In this document: piece by piece, positions 12,665 to 25,806 of the stretch | How positions within the stretch are numbered: position 1 is the stretch's first letter | Layout of the letters: each line of letters begins with the position of its first letter | NCBI GenBank assembly: GCA_002633005.1 | Contig: NMRA01000102.1 | Span: 788,345 to 852,344 of the forward strand | DNA length: 64,000 nt | From: Phoronis australis | Taxonomy: Eukaryota > Animalia > Phoronida | Reading direction: 5' to 3' | Program-made: the position numbers and the translations under genes | The notes under the pieces: generated by a model | What the model was told of the DNA's origin: nothing | Database searches by the model: none | What the model saw: only the letters and a program-made list of their open reading frames with translations

Positions 12665-15600
12665 TCACATATGACGGCGTTCTGTCGTTCAGCAACTTTT
12701 CCAGATGTGAGGGGTTCTGAACGTGAGATAATATCTGGCTCTTTTGTTAACTGCCCAGCACATTCTTTTGTCCCGTAGGACGACAAGCAGGCCAATTATC
12801 TCCCAGACTTCAAAGGAACCTGGCAGAATGGATTGTCTTAACTTCTGTTGTAGTTGGGCTATTTTAGCGATTCACAAACTAGACATGATCAGTATTTTAC
12901 AATGAATTCAGAAATGCTATTTGTTTATGTTCAAATATGTTATAACTTAACTTTCATTTTTAGCAGCACAGCCCAGTTAGGCTAGATAGGATCTGATCGG
13001 AGATTAGAGCCATTATCGAACAAAAGAGAGAGCCGGGCCTCCAACCATAAATGCCAGATATGGAGTTAATCAGTTGTGTAAGATATTGGCTACAGGGGTG
13101 ATCTTCCCAACTTCTTGTTGGGCTATAGAATCGAACAAATTGGGAGCAACGGGAAAACGCCGTAATGATAACATGACTCTGGAAACAATTTAGTCAAAGT
13201 AATTTGAACATATAATATCCATGAAAATTTTTCGAGGTTCGCCATTGTGAGGAAGTTACGTGAAATCGCCGTACGCCTGCCTGTTGACGAACAAAAAGTC
13301 CAATTAAGGGGCACACGTCTTACAAATTCCACCTAATATCTTCCCACGATAGGCCAGTCTCGCGCTAGCCCTTGCCTACATGTAACTCACCTGACGTCAG
13401 TTCAAATAGGCCTACTTTGTGGTTATATCACGTGCGGTGATAAGTTAACAGTAACCAAAAACGCCATGATTTTACAGAAAATTCATCTCAAGCACTATCT
13501 ATTATTTTAATATAAGAAACTTCTGATTGAATCAACTTATATGAACATCAAAATTATTCAATTAATAACCACTGAAACAAAGTATACACTAAACATCAGC
13601 ATGGCATGTGCAGACTGTATATTAAGTCTAAATATCAATGAATAATGTACAATAATATGCGTTTTAAAACCCCTTTTAATATTATACATCACTTGTTTAC
13701 GTTGACATTAATTACAACGCAAACAGCAGCAACAAGTCATTGGCCTGCTCCACAACATTAGAAATGAACCTGAAGGTTTTACATCAAAAAGAAATGAGCC
13801 TGCGGGAGTCACAACAAAGTATGACATGAAATATTAAGCCTAGCAATTGCTTCAAGAAACTCAACTACAGGTAATGTTTTTAAAAATACCAGAGGAATTG
13901 AAGAGCATGGCAGAATCCCCATTCAGAACAATATTAAGTGGCGCTTGGGGATGTTCCGCCTACACCTCAGTGCAAAATATGAACAAAATCTGCAGCCTCC
14001 CTTTTGAGATGACATGCCAACGATGTGGTAAAACATACACACATTACCTATGTGAGTACTATGTCTCCCACATCATGCCGTGGGGGACAAAAATCACACC
14101 AACAACATTGTGTGACGTACAGACAGACGGTTGTGAGTTTGGACTCAAAACTGTAAAGTTAAAAAAGAATGAATGAAAAAATTACACAGCTTTCATTTAC
14201 AAAACTGGAGCAACATTTAAATGACGATGTTTATATATCACTTCTCTATCATACAGCTCAAAACTAGAACCAAGCAAACAGCAAGGCACTGCCGCAACTG
14301 ACAGTGGAATATATCGTGCCTGCATTTTGAGAACCAGTTTTCTCCGCTGAACAAACGGTATCAAATTGGTTCTCAAAAATCGGCATGTTATATAGGAAGT
14401 ATTGGAGGGGATGCAGCAGTTAACCCAATGACTTTGAACTGATGTTTGTACCTGGCAGTATGTCCTCGCATTGTATCATTGTTGAGTATCCTTTAAGTTA
14501 CTTACTTAAAAACATTCACGTATTTTATAATGCTTGTTTTTTCACTTCGTTGTGTCGACTTCAACCAAAGTTATCCAGCGTGTTGGACCATGGTGGATAG
14601 TTTTGTGCCCGTCTCTTGTTGTTTTCACCATCATATCGCCGGATTCTGAAACCTTAAACGGTGGCGATACTGTAATATTCCACCCTTTCCAAAAGAATAT
14701 AGTCAGTACTCCTTACTATTTTAAACTGATCCGGACAAACCCTCTCACTGGACTCTCAAAAGAAGGATGGAATTTAAACCGAAAACCGTATATCTAATAC
14801 TTTCCTACAACAATAAATAAACAAATCCAAACGTAGATCAGATCTATCACCATTTAGGGACATCATTTCCGACAATCACTAACCACTTGGGTATACTATC
14901 AGTTGACGAAAACTTGCATTCACACCCCTCATTGTCGCGTGCTCAGTTAAAAAGGTACAACAATCAGTTAACCCAATCAAATTTTTCTTGACTTCTACGA
15001 GTTTGACTCGTTTGTACGAATTCCACATCTACATATACATTAGTTTCGTAATATTTACATGGATACCTCTACAGTTGGAGATATCACAATGCCAGGTAGC
15101 CTTTACCATAACAGCAGCATACAAAGGGATCGAACACAGTTTTAAAAGGTTCTTAATCTGTAACCCGTCATCAACCCCGCATGCTCCTATTCAGTATACG
15201 CTAAACAACATTATTGAATTTGAAGACCTCCTCACTAATAGCACAATAACATCAAGATATTCGCATGAAATATACATGCACCGTTCATCATCTATACTCA
15301 TAATATAATTTTCTGGATCGCCAGACATATTTCAGGTATTAAGACAGATTGAGCAATTGTGAGACGTCTTGCATTAACTTAATCATGCTTTTTAGAAAAG
15401 TGTTAAAGACTATTCAAGAAGCTATAAAACAGCATTCCGCCCAGAAGCGAATTTTCGATTCAGGGTTTGCAAAGACAGACCCTTGGCCAAGGTAAAAATT
15501 GTTGGGGAAGTGCAAACCAATTCGACTTCCCAAACGTTTACCAAAACAGAATGTCGTAAACATGCTCGAAGATTTTTCAACCGGAGGATTATGAAAGACG

Positions 15601-17064
15601 GGCATCCCACGGAGTTAAGTGGTACCCCAAGGAATTTTCCTAACTTGTAGTTCGGTTCATTCCTGAGGTAGCTAGTACGGTTTACGAGTTACATGTAAAT
15701 CTGAATTTATTAAAAATCGGCTCAAAACTATTGCCAGTACCTTAATTCGTACTCAGTCATAACGTACCCCCGACAGTCTGTTCAACACAAGCGAGTTTCT
15801 TGCAAAAAACTCCTAGAAACGGTCATCATGAGTAGTACAGTTTTTGTTATACTATGGAAAAAGTATCGACATTTTATTGTTACAAAACCATCGGAAATAT
15901 TATTTTTGCGTAATTTACAAAAAGTGGTCTGAAAGTTTTTTCAAACTTCCACCGTTTAGATGGTTGTCTTGTTTGGGCCGAACATCTTGATACATGTACA
16001 TACTGTATTATTTCCATCTGCGAAGAGTATATCCACCACAAAGCCATTGGCTGCCACTGATAAAGGGAAAGAATTTCGAACCCAGCCGGTGTCAAAAAGT
16101 TAAAATAAATTAGTGAACTTTTACTAATCAAACAATAAAAGGGACTGACAGCGAAATTCACTTCCTCTGCTCTTATATTTATGAATCACCGTGTATTAAA
16201 TTCTGTCCACCAAATCTCAGTGGGATTAACCGGAAGTCAATTTCGGACTCTTATTACTCAAGAGAGGGCGCCTATATGAAAAATAGCCTATTTTCATCCA
16301 TGCTATCTATCAAATTCTCAAGTTTTCTCTATGTACATACCATTTCGAGAGAAAATAAAAACAAAAAATAGTTACTGAAGTCTGCTTTATCCATTGCCAG
16401 AGAGGGGCTTCCTTGAGAAATATAGTATAGCAGTCCCAATGTTTTTTCTTTTAATTTAAAAATGCAATTAATATACTCTGCAAAAGCTGCGTTTTCCAAA
16501 TTTTCTCAACCTTTTCACACTCCTTGTACAAATGATAAGTGCACTTTTCAAGTGTGCTTAGACGATCTACGCGGTAAAAATGACACTGTCAGATACAAAC
16601 ATTATTTCTTATACTTAGAACAAGATGGGGACTACTCCTGAATACAGTGTAACTACAAAATCCAGAAATACAAAGTTTCTTCTTGCACACTGCCGGGCGG
16701 ATTTGCATTCCTCTCCAATATTCCGAAAATAACTAGACATTCATGCTTAGTGTTGATTGATGTTAAGCGTAAACCTGAAATTGTTTTCAAAATTTTTATC
16801 ATGTTTTGGTGGCATGACTGATTAACCGATTAAACCTTTTGCCGAGTCCCAAAATGATTTCGGCCAGTTGGGGGCACAATTATGAAAAAACGCGCTTTTC
16901 TAATTGTCGAAACCGGCTTGAAAATGCAGTAACCTGATAATTATAATTGCTAACGTTTGCGGGTTTTGTGGTTGGAGGAGGAAAGCTTTTTTTAGAGCAC
17001 TTTAGGCTCACCTGAACTGATATTTATCTTACGGGCAAAGTGATATGGAAAATGTGAACTTTAG

Positions 17065-17260
17065 AATATAATTGCAAGCGTTCTAATACACGTTGTACTA
17101 GATATACTCAGGTGGACCTATTGCACTGCTCACATAGAACCATTTGTATGCTTTATTAGTACACACTCCAGGGTCTACCAGTGTGCCCCACCGGGTCTCG
17201 AACCCACGACCTTCACCATAGGAAGCGGACCCTCACCCCACTAGGCCACACGGCCTCCTC
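17065..17260 (-). mobile_element. tRNA-derived SINE
   Basis: Minus strand reads GAGGAGGCCGTGTGGCCTAGTGG (A box) then GTCGTGGGTTCGAGACCC (B box). The body (TAATAAAGCATACAAATGGTTC...CACCTGAG...TACAACGTGT) is shared with the copy at 30094. Confidence 0.75.
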
Positions 17261-20200
17261 AGGTGTCACCCTCGTCCTATAATGTAAACAAAAGAAAGTC
17301 CAACTCGGAGGCAGTCCGAACTCTGTAAAAATAGTTAGTGGGGTAGCGTAGTATTCCAATATACTCTAAAATGCGCTTGGAAAATGTGAACTACGTAGTT
17401 CTTTGAGCGTATGCGCGCATGAATATACTTGCCGGTGGAGAATTTGAAAACTAGGCTGGGATGAAAGAATTTATATTTCGTCTGTGTTTCAAAAAAAGCA
17501 AATCTAACGATTTGTTCTTGAAATTGTTGCAAAATTGAAAGTGAGTAACTCTCGCGTGAGCCTCCCGAAAAGCAGATTCACTACGATCTGTTTTTCACGA
17601 GTTTTCGAGTTCCAGGCCTCCGACGTCTATAAAAAAGTTACGTGAGTACTCTTACGCGGCAATTGCAGCTCAGGGCCCACTGACTATCAATGCAAGTCTA
17701 AACTAAGTTCAATGAAAAATTCGTCGTGTAAGAATTTAAGCCGGTCAGTGGAGAGCGAAAATGTCTGAAATACCATTATATGCCGCTGCCGGAAAATTCC
17801 ACACGTTAAGTTCATGGAATTTACAATGCATACTTGCCTATAAACAACTAGGTCAAGCTAAACAATCTGAGGACACGCTCTGTGTAATATTTCATTGCGG
17901 AGAACATCAGGAGTTTTTGTGCTGTCGAATTGACCTTTGATGTTGACCCGGATGCTGAATGTATGTAACTTGACTTTGCGAAGTCGATAAATGGACTTAA
18001 ATCTATCTGTAACCAAACACCTGTTTAAGTTTATATGTTGTTTAGCGGCAGTGGAGATAACGGAAATATGACCCGCATATCAATAAATGCAGTTTGCGTG
18101 CGAGGATTCTGTTCTGAAAACAATTTAATCTTGTAATGTATAAGTTCATACCCTGTTGAAAATTTTTCAACACGGGTTACGTACATGTATACAATACTGT
18201 TTGAAACTTCGGTGGCCCAGAAAACACTTTTGTTGAAAGATTATGGCGTCTTCAATCACTTGGCGTTGGTATTTGAAATTAGTGATGTATTTTTCATTTC
18301 TGGAGGGTGTTTGCAGCAGAGATAACATTTGACTTAAATGATCGATTCTGCTTTTCACATTTTCCTTTCCATTGTATTGTAATTGTCATCCTGGTTTCAT
18401 ATCTCGGGAAACCCAAATATTCTGCCATTTCTCCAAGGTGACGGCCCCTAATGACCTGGTCATTTATAGGGCTGAATTTTTATTTGCCTGATATTTGTTC
18501 TCAATATATCGTGTGTTTACGGTCGAGTCGGAGTTGGGATCATATTCACTAAGTAAATATATTTCTGGACACCATTGTGTGTGTGTGATAAGGCCGAGAC
18601 TAATCGATTGATTGACTTTAAATCTGCAGCGGGGTTTTGTAGGCGCAGCCGGCGCCTGTGCTAGTTGGAAGTACAGTGGAGTAAAACAGCAACCGGATTT
18701 GTCATTTATATAAAACGTGACAATTTCTTTGGGTTTTTTTGGGTACATCATTTGTCTGCCAAGTAGGAGCCCACAAACGATCACTCGGTGTAAGCGAAAG
18801 TTTAACTTGTACGTCTCTAAACTTGAACATTTCGTTAAGTATATATTACTATACAAAGTGATGGTCTTTCTTTACATGCATTTGAAAAAAAGCATTTCGA
18901 GTGTGGCCTGCAATTTACCACCAGACAAACAGATTAAAGATGCATAGTCTCAAATTGTGAATATGCAAATGAAGTACTAATTTACAAACAACCCGGGGTC
19001 CTCCACTGTGACAGAAACCATCCGAGAACCAGTTACCATTACAATCTCGCGAAAGTCTCGTTTTGCGAGACTATTTTTATATAAATGAGTATGGTAAAAT
19101 TTCATGAAGGTGGACCGAGATTCACTGCCGGCCAAGAGATCAAATAGGCATGTAACCTGGTTTATTTTGAACCTCACGTCTTTCGTGCGTGGCGGCAGAT
19201 CAGATTCCGACTACAGGTGCACAGACAGTGAACTGGCGGTATATTTGCACTCACTTCTCGTCCACATTTCATAAGACGACATGGGATTGCCTGGGAAACT
19301 TCCCAAAGCATGGTCGTTACCCTAGTGAAACAAGCCGTGGTTTTTATTATTACAAGGTTTTTGTGTGTGTGTTCACACTTATGTATCAGTTGTGGTGGTT
19401 TATTTATTTTTTTTTTGAAATCGCCATTTATTTGCAAATTGTTTCTTTTCCGGATTATGCTTGTACGCACATTTCTCCAGGGAGTCACTAGGTTGCGCTT
19501 AATATATATTTTTATGGTTTCAGAGAGGCATAGCGTCTAACCTGCTTTCCGCAACCGCAATGGAAAATTCGCCAGCCTTGCTCAGTTGACATAAGATGTA
19601 ATTTCAAATTTCTAGAAAGTAAGTCATGAAATAAAACGAGTTCGCCAAAGTTTCAAAACATACGTATTACTTCATCCGGCTTATAAGAAACATCCGGTGC
19701 CCTTTGCACAAATGAAACGTCAATTTCGAGTAAAGCTCATGTTCAATACTTGTAGTGCGACAAATTGTCTGCCCCAGTCACTTCTGAGTTGGTCTTCAGT
19801 ACATTTACAGGGTTAAGACACAGTTTGGGGAAAAACCGCAAAGCTGTCTCTATTTTACATTGAATACTTCACAAACGTTTGAATTACTGCTTCTGTAGCG
19901 TTAGACAGGCATAATAGCGAGTGCCATCAAATTTCCAATTTTTGGTTCAATACAGGAAAATGACGTCACGCAAACCACGAGCATAAGCATAAACGCAAGT
20001 GAGTGAAGAGGCGTTTCTTAATTTGTAGTAAAATGGTTAATTTGAATTCATCAACGAAAGAACCTTTCGTCTTAACGCACCAGGCTCCGAGAATCAACGA
20101 AACTCTTCATAATCCCGCAACACTATCGCCATCTAGCAATAAGCACCAGGGCATTCGTGATCTTGAAACGGCTGTCATCTGAGAAGGTCAATATACAGAC

Positions 20201-20709
20201 CCTGACTTTCGTGTTGTAAAGCAGCTCGGCTTAAAATAGCTCAAAGACTAATTTAGTCAGTGACCTTGAACGTTGAATGCGAATGATTTTCATAATTCAG
20301 AGCAATCACCAGAAAGGTCAATTTGAAACATTTAAGAAGAAATTTTAACCGTGTAACTGTTGTGTGTGTTCAAGCAAAAACAATTTTAGGTACACAAAAC
20401 CGAGAAAAATTACTAATAGCGCTCCGTACCACCAAAGTATTGCGTCTTCAAAGGCATTCCACGTTTTTGCCAGACTTGTCTCTGTTTACGAAGCTGTAAC
20501 GGATAAAGTAGGAAAAACCTCAATATTAAATACTGTAATTCAAAAATATTTCAACGCTATATACATGTAAATGTTTTGTTGAAACCTGTCATGAAATACC
20601 GTGATACATGTATATTCATGATACATTTTACTTAACAAGTTGATTTTGATGGTATTATTGATATTATTACTTTATTAACACATTGTTTATGTTTGCAGTA
20701 TACGTAACT

Positions 20710-21053
20710 TGTTGTGACTTTCAGCCGAGTCAATCGCCCATCCGGTGCATACACACCTGTTTTGATGAACTCTGTAGTAAATTTGATTGCGTGCAGGTTA
20801 TTCCAGAATCGTTGCCTTGAGGCAGCTGACCATTACCATATATGGCAAACACAACAGAGCAGTGATTGCTGTGAAAGCTCCTAGAGTTGTTTACTGTTAT
20901 TTCCTGTAGAACCTTGAATCATGAAGTTTAGTACAGGCAACACACACATTAGTAACTTGTATACAAACCTTTCACTTGTCTAATAAAGACTGTCCCCACG
21001 TTGCTGCTCTCAGTTACTGTTACCATTAACGGATCGAGACACATCACACAACA
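20710..21053 (+). mobile_element. Solo LTR (344 bp)
   Basis: Starts TGTTGTG and ends CACAACA (perfect 7-bp inverted termini). Flanked by 5-bp TAACT / CAACT (target-site duplication with one mismatch). AATAAA at about 20982. Confidence 0.7.
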
Positions 21054-22878
21054 CAACTCTGCTGCTACGTAAAGCTCTATCCTCAAGTTATATTACAAAA
21101 TTCTTTAACTTTAAAGAAAAAGCTTCATAGCAAGATCTGAGAAATCAGGTGGCATTTGTATTAAATTCGCATAAACGATTCCCTTTCCATCACTACGCTG
21201 CGCTGTGACTCGCTCTTTCTCAACAACTACGGCAACCATTTGTTCAGCTCAATTTTACCGTCTGATACAGCGCTACCTACAAGTATACAGCGCTACCTTT
21301 CGTAGCACTGTGAGAGTATGAGGGAGCCCTGTACCTGAGCTTTATGTCGGCTCTACCACGCAGTTTTCTTGAGACTCGCATGTCATCCAATCCCGCCTGG
21401 AATTCAGGCGGATGTTTTTCTCCCACCAAGTTGAACAGTCTGGAAATTTCAAGAAGTGTTGAAATTGAGGTAGGGCAGTGTATGCAAAGCTTGGCGTAAT
21501 ACAATTCACTGGCATGTATTACGTAATCACGCACACATTACTCAATTTTGTGTACTAAAGACTTACATGTACATGTAATTTTAGAGGCTTCGATTCCTGA
21601 AAGCGAGTAGCATTCTTAAGACGAAGAAAGTATTTACAGGTACTAACTGATTTTCGTAGCTAAGGCCTGGTTTATGAGAAAGACGCGTAGGCGGTGAGAC
21701 AAGTCTCATACCGTTCAATGTTGTAAGTATACTTTGGGGGGGCAACCTAAATTTTTCTATGGGACTAGAAAATACGATTATAATTCAATTTCCCAAAAGT
21801 TCCCACGTCTTCACTAGCATATTTTCTTAAAAATCGGGATTCTTGTTGCAAGAAATATTATGCACATTCCTGCCACTTGATGGCGTTTTTCTATTAAATT
21901 GACCAGTCAGAGAGCCAGATTATATTGTTGTGCTTAGTAACTTAAATACATGTATGACAGCTCCCATGAAGGGTGATGCTTGTATAATTCAAAGTTTATC
22001 AAACAGCGTTAAATTGTGGTAACCGGAACTTGAAGAAGCTTAGAGAAGCATCCTTACGGAAACTGATGGACTGTGGAACACGTTTGTGCAGAAAAGCAGC
22101 TGCTTTGCCCAACTGGCTTATAACAAAACATGTCCTGCGATACTGCTATAGAAGACAATAATCGTCAGAAGAAAAATTGAAAAGGCATAGAAACTCATAG
22201 CAACGTTTCAACTGAAGACCCGCTGAGCAGCAGTAGTAATGCTTAAGATTCCGAAAGCAGTGTTCTCCACAACAAAAATTCCAAACTCGACGCAAATATT
22301 TTTTCTAGTATTAACCACTGTTCATTCCCTAACAAAATGGTCACTGTGTATTTATATACGTTTATAAGTGTACACTGAGCTGGTGTGACCTTCTTTTTGA
22401 CTTTCCTACCAATTCTTCACCATAAGTCCTCCAAAGCATTTATGACAGACTCAGCAAATCAACCTAAAGGTTATAAGTTCCTTTAATAATAAAAATGTCA
22501 ATTCTAGTATCAATTCTACATATTAAATACTACTAATGATGTGACCTAGTATTTAGTGACTCACGTGTTATCCAAGATTTCCCAAGAATCTGAAACATCA
22601 AATTAATTTGAACAACATTGGAACAGTGTGACACATCAGTGCATTTGAGAGCAGGAAAATTATATTATGGACCACATTTAAAAATAAAATGAAGTAACAA
22701 CTTTCTAGCTTTAAAAAACAAGCATGTGTTCTTGAATGGTACATCTTAGTGTTTTCCAAGAGTGTCCAGTATAATGATCAGTTTGTTTTAGCTTGTTCAG
22801 CCTCTAGGCTGCCAAGGCCTTCGACAGTACAGGTGTCTCAACCGGCCTAGAGGAGATAGTGACCATGCCATCGTCCCT

Positions 22879-22880
<2 letters not shown>

Positions 22881-22945
<65 letters not shown>
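22881..22945. repeat. (AT)n microsatellite, about 32 units
   Basis: Directly visible perfect dinucleotide run. Confidence 0.98.
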
Positions 22946-22952
<7 letters not shown>

Positions 22953-23160
22953 TATACTTTTTGGCAAATTATGCATCACACTGCCTAAACCACCAAAGTC
23001 ATGTTGCTATAAGTTTAAAAGCACTGTTTGCGCACAAAATGGATGCCCTAGGAGACCATTGATGTTTCTGTTTCTTCCCAGTTTAAACATATGCTCTTGC
23101 AATCCTCTTTTTGGAACTGACCGTCGTTCAGTTGCCCAAATCGACACTCCTTGCCTCAGG

Positions 23161-24587
23161 AGCAAGTAGTTTTCGTGGCACGTTTGAGCGACGCCTTGAT
23201 CAAAGGTCATAGGTCAGAAATTAAAGGTCAAATGTAACGTGTGATGGGTGCCACCGAAAGGGACGTCATCTGCCAACCGGTATGGAAGTGACATTGAAGT
23301 CACACCTTAATTGGACCTGTTAGAGAGGGACCTTGATCCAAGGTCAAGGTCATGCGTGTAACTGGACTTCGTCGATAAACCATAACGAAGACGTGGTCGG
23401 ACGTCATCAGGTAGGTTAGGACGGGCGTGGGACCGTCCACCACCCAGTTGTTTGTAAAATTAAACTGATCGAGAGCGGAAAGAAAATAGGGGTTATGCTG
23501 CGTACTGAATAAGAATAAACATGTTTATTACCTCATTTTGCATGCACCACGTGTCGTCGTTGTGTTATCCCCTTTGTTCTCTCTCATCTTTCAACATAAC
23601 CCGTGAAGGACGACAAGGGTATATTGTAACCACCTAACTAAACAAGAGATGTCGCGTATACCTAACCCAGGTACATGTACCGACGGTACTAAACTAATAA
23701 CAAGATATTGTGACCAAATAAAATAGAACTTGAACTTAATATTTTTAAACGTGTATTAATAACAAAGTACATTTGGAGAACATTTCAAAAATCACCAAGA
23801 TTTTCAGAAACAGTTATCCGTACAGTTTGTAAAATTTAAAATGTCTAATCGGATTTTCCTATGTCTACAGAAGAGATTCACGAGCCAGACTGGACACGCT
23901 TCATATTACTTGCGTACTGGATTATTTATATACGTTTTTCTTATATAATTCTTTCATAAAGTCTGGGCTGACTCTTATCTTACTTTATGCTGGGTCAATT
24001 AAGTATAATTTGAATAAGTATAATTCGAACCAGTCTGCGACTTGGACACTTTAATAAGATGCTGGATCGTTCAGTACTTTCGACGGGCATGTGCCTCTCC
24101 CGTCTACGTACTATTACGGTGCTTCAGAACGTGTACATGATAATCTCGAACGCCGGAGATATCAGTTAACTGGGTAGAGATTTGACCGAGTTTATAGAAT
24201 ACATATTATTCCTTGATCAGAGTTTGCAAATTAGCGGTAAGTTATTTTTTTCCTAACTCTTCACTGTAGAGATTTTTTAAAATTTTATTTCACTTACCGG
24301 ATGTTCAATCCTAATTCGTTCATCAGTCGTCTACATTCAATACTTTTTTAAATATCCGTTTGTTCCTTTTATTTTTTACGTTTTATTTTGTTGATAGTAT
24401 ATATTCAATATTCAACACCTTTTTTGTTTTGTTTTGTTTTGGTTAATTTTATATCTTATTTTGTAGATGATCTACTCAAGTTGTTTGTACCAACACTATA
24501 TGTAGGTGGTGAGTTTATCAAGAAAAAATTTCCGATTACGCTAATATTTTTATTTTCTTTTTTCGTAAGAAAGCATTAACACATGTC
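23161..24587 (+). repeat. Left terminal inverted repeat (about 1.43 kb) of the Polinton relic
   Basis: Colinear matching blocks with the reverse complement of the right arm, e.g. CCGAAAGGGAC, GATGTCGCGTATACCTAA, CACTTTAATAAGATGCTGGATC, TTGTAGATGA, CATTAACACATGTC. Confidence 0.9.
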
Positions 24588-25274
24588 GTTCACCATCATG
24601 TCCCCGACGGGGGGTACCAGAATAAAAATCAAGATTTAAGACTTCCCCTTACCCGCCAGGAAAGTGAAACTCAGCACCCCTGTACACATAGCACACCTAA
24701 AGGCCCTCGAAAGAAGCACTGCAATGTACCCTCTGCTACTCGTGGAATGCAAACTGTTTTCCATCCCTGCCGGACATCTTTCTATGTTACAAGAGAATTT
24801 GTTTTTAGGTCAAATTCCTAAGAGGGTTATTGTGGGTTTTTGTGATACAGACGTCCTTAATGGATCGTATGCCAAGAACCCTTTCAATGTTAAACATCGC
24901 AACATCAATTATCTCTCTTTACGTCGACGGGGTGCACGATCCTTCTAAACCACAACAACCGAAATTTGAACAATCTTCGTTCGTTAGAGCTTTCACGGCC
25001 TTGATTTCAGGAACCGGACAGGATTATGAAGACGAAGGTAATTACATATGACGTCTGGATGATTTAGGGGGCAACAAGTCGTTTGCTTTTGGTCTGAACC
25101 CTAAACCTAGCAGATCGGGGTCACTTTATTCTCATAAGACGAGGAAACCTCCGCTTGGAAGTCCATTTTTCATCGGCGCTGCCTTCTACAATAAACGTCA
25201 TTTGCTATGCTGAGTTTGAGAACATTGTGGAAAATGACAGAGCTAGAAGCGTCTTGTTTGATTTCACACCATGA
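24586..25274 (+). pseudogene. Polinton/adintovirus double-jelly-roll major capsid protein, C-terminal half, frameshifted
   Basis: Joined frames read RKVKLSTPVHIAHLKALERSTAMYP...ECKLFSIPAG...QENLFLGQIPKRVIVGF...NGSYAKNPFN / YVDG...PSKPQQPKF...GTG...DEGNYI / RGNLRLEVHFSSALPSTINVICYAEFENIVENDRARSVLFDF, then TGA at 25272-25274. This is the recognisable Polinton PY/MCP C-terminus. Confidence 0.88.
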
Positions 25275-25700
25275 GGAATTATCAGACTACTACAAATGTA
25301 CACAGCGATGACTTTGTCGGACAGGTCATTGGCGGCTGTCTTGGGAGTGATGAATTGTATAAGCTAGGAATCGTTTCACATCCGAATGCTTACGTTTGCA
25401 GCTACGATCCTAGTCACAAAACTGGAACACATTGGGTAGGCTATTTATCTGACTGAGGATGAAAAAGGAGAACATTTTGAATCGTACGACTTGCCACCGC
25501 TATCGGACCACATGCGAGACTTTGTCGATTGAAATGCAAATGGATGGACAACACAGACCAGACTATTTCAGGGACTTTCGTCGACAGTTTGTAAACAATT
25601 GAAAATTTATTTCTTATATCGGTGCCGAGGATGGAGCATGGACTTTATTGCGAAATTGTTGTATAAAGACACCAAGTCTAATGATTTGTTGACGGACTAA
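25271..25700 (+). pseudogene. Adenain-like (peptidase C5) cysteine protease of Polinton, disrupted
   Basis: DPSHKTGTHWVG (catalytic His), a frameshift, GEHFESYDLPP (acidic residue), an in-frame TGA, FQGLSSTVCKQ (oxyanion Gln and catalytic Cys), YFLYRCRGWSM, and TAA at 25698-25700. Confidence 0.85.
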
Positions 25701-25806
25701 TGTAATCATAATTCGTTTACATATATTCAACGTCTAAACGCCCATTGTAACTAATGGTATTACGCAAGAGAGATTAACAAATATTGAAATTGAAATATTG
25801 ATAGCT

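Noticed and set aside
13847-14500. 109-aa Cys-containing ORF and nearby transposase-like words
   Set aside because: No coherent domain or motif series could be reconstructed.
17180-17260. Possible tRNA gene
   Set aside because: The cloverleaf is imperfect and the downstream body is shared with a second copy, so it is a SINE head.
18170-18470. Minus-strand HLGEMAEYLGF...QMLSLLQ reminiscent of a death domain
   Set aside because: The pieces lie in different frames with no splice support; chance similarity is likely.
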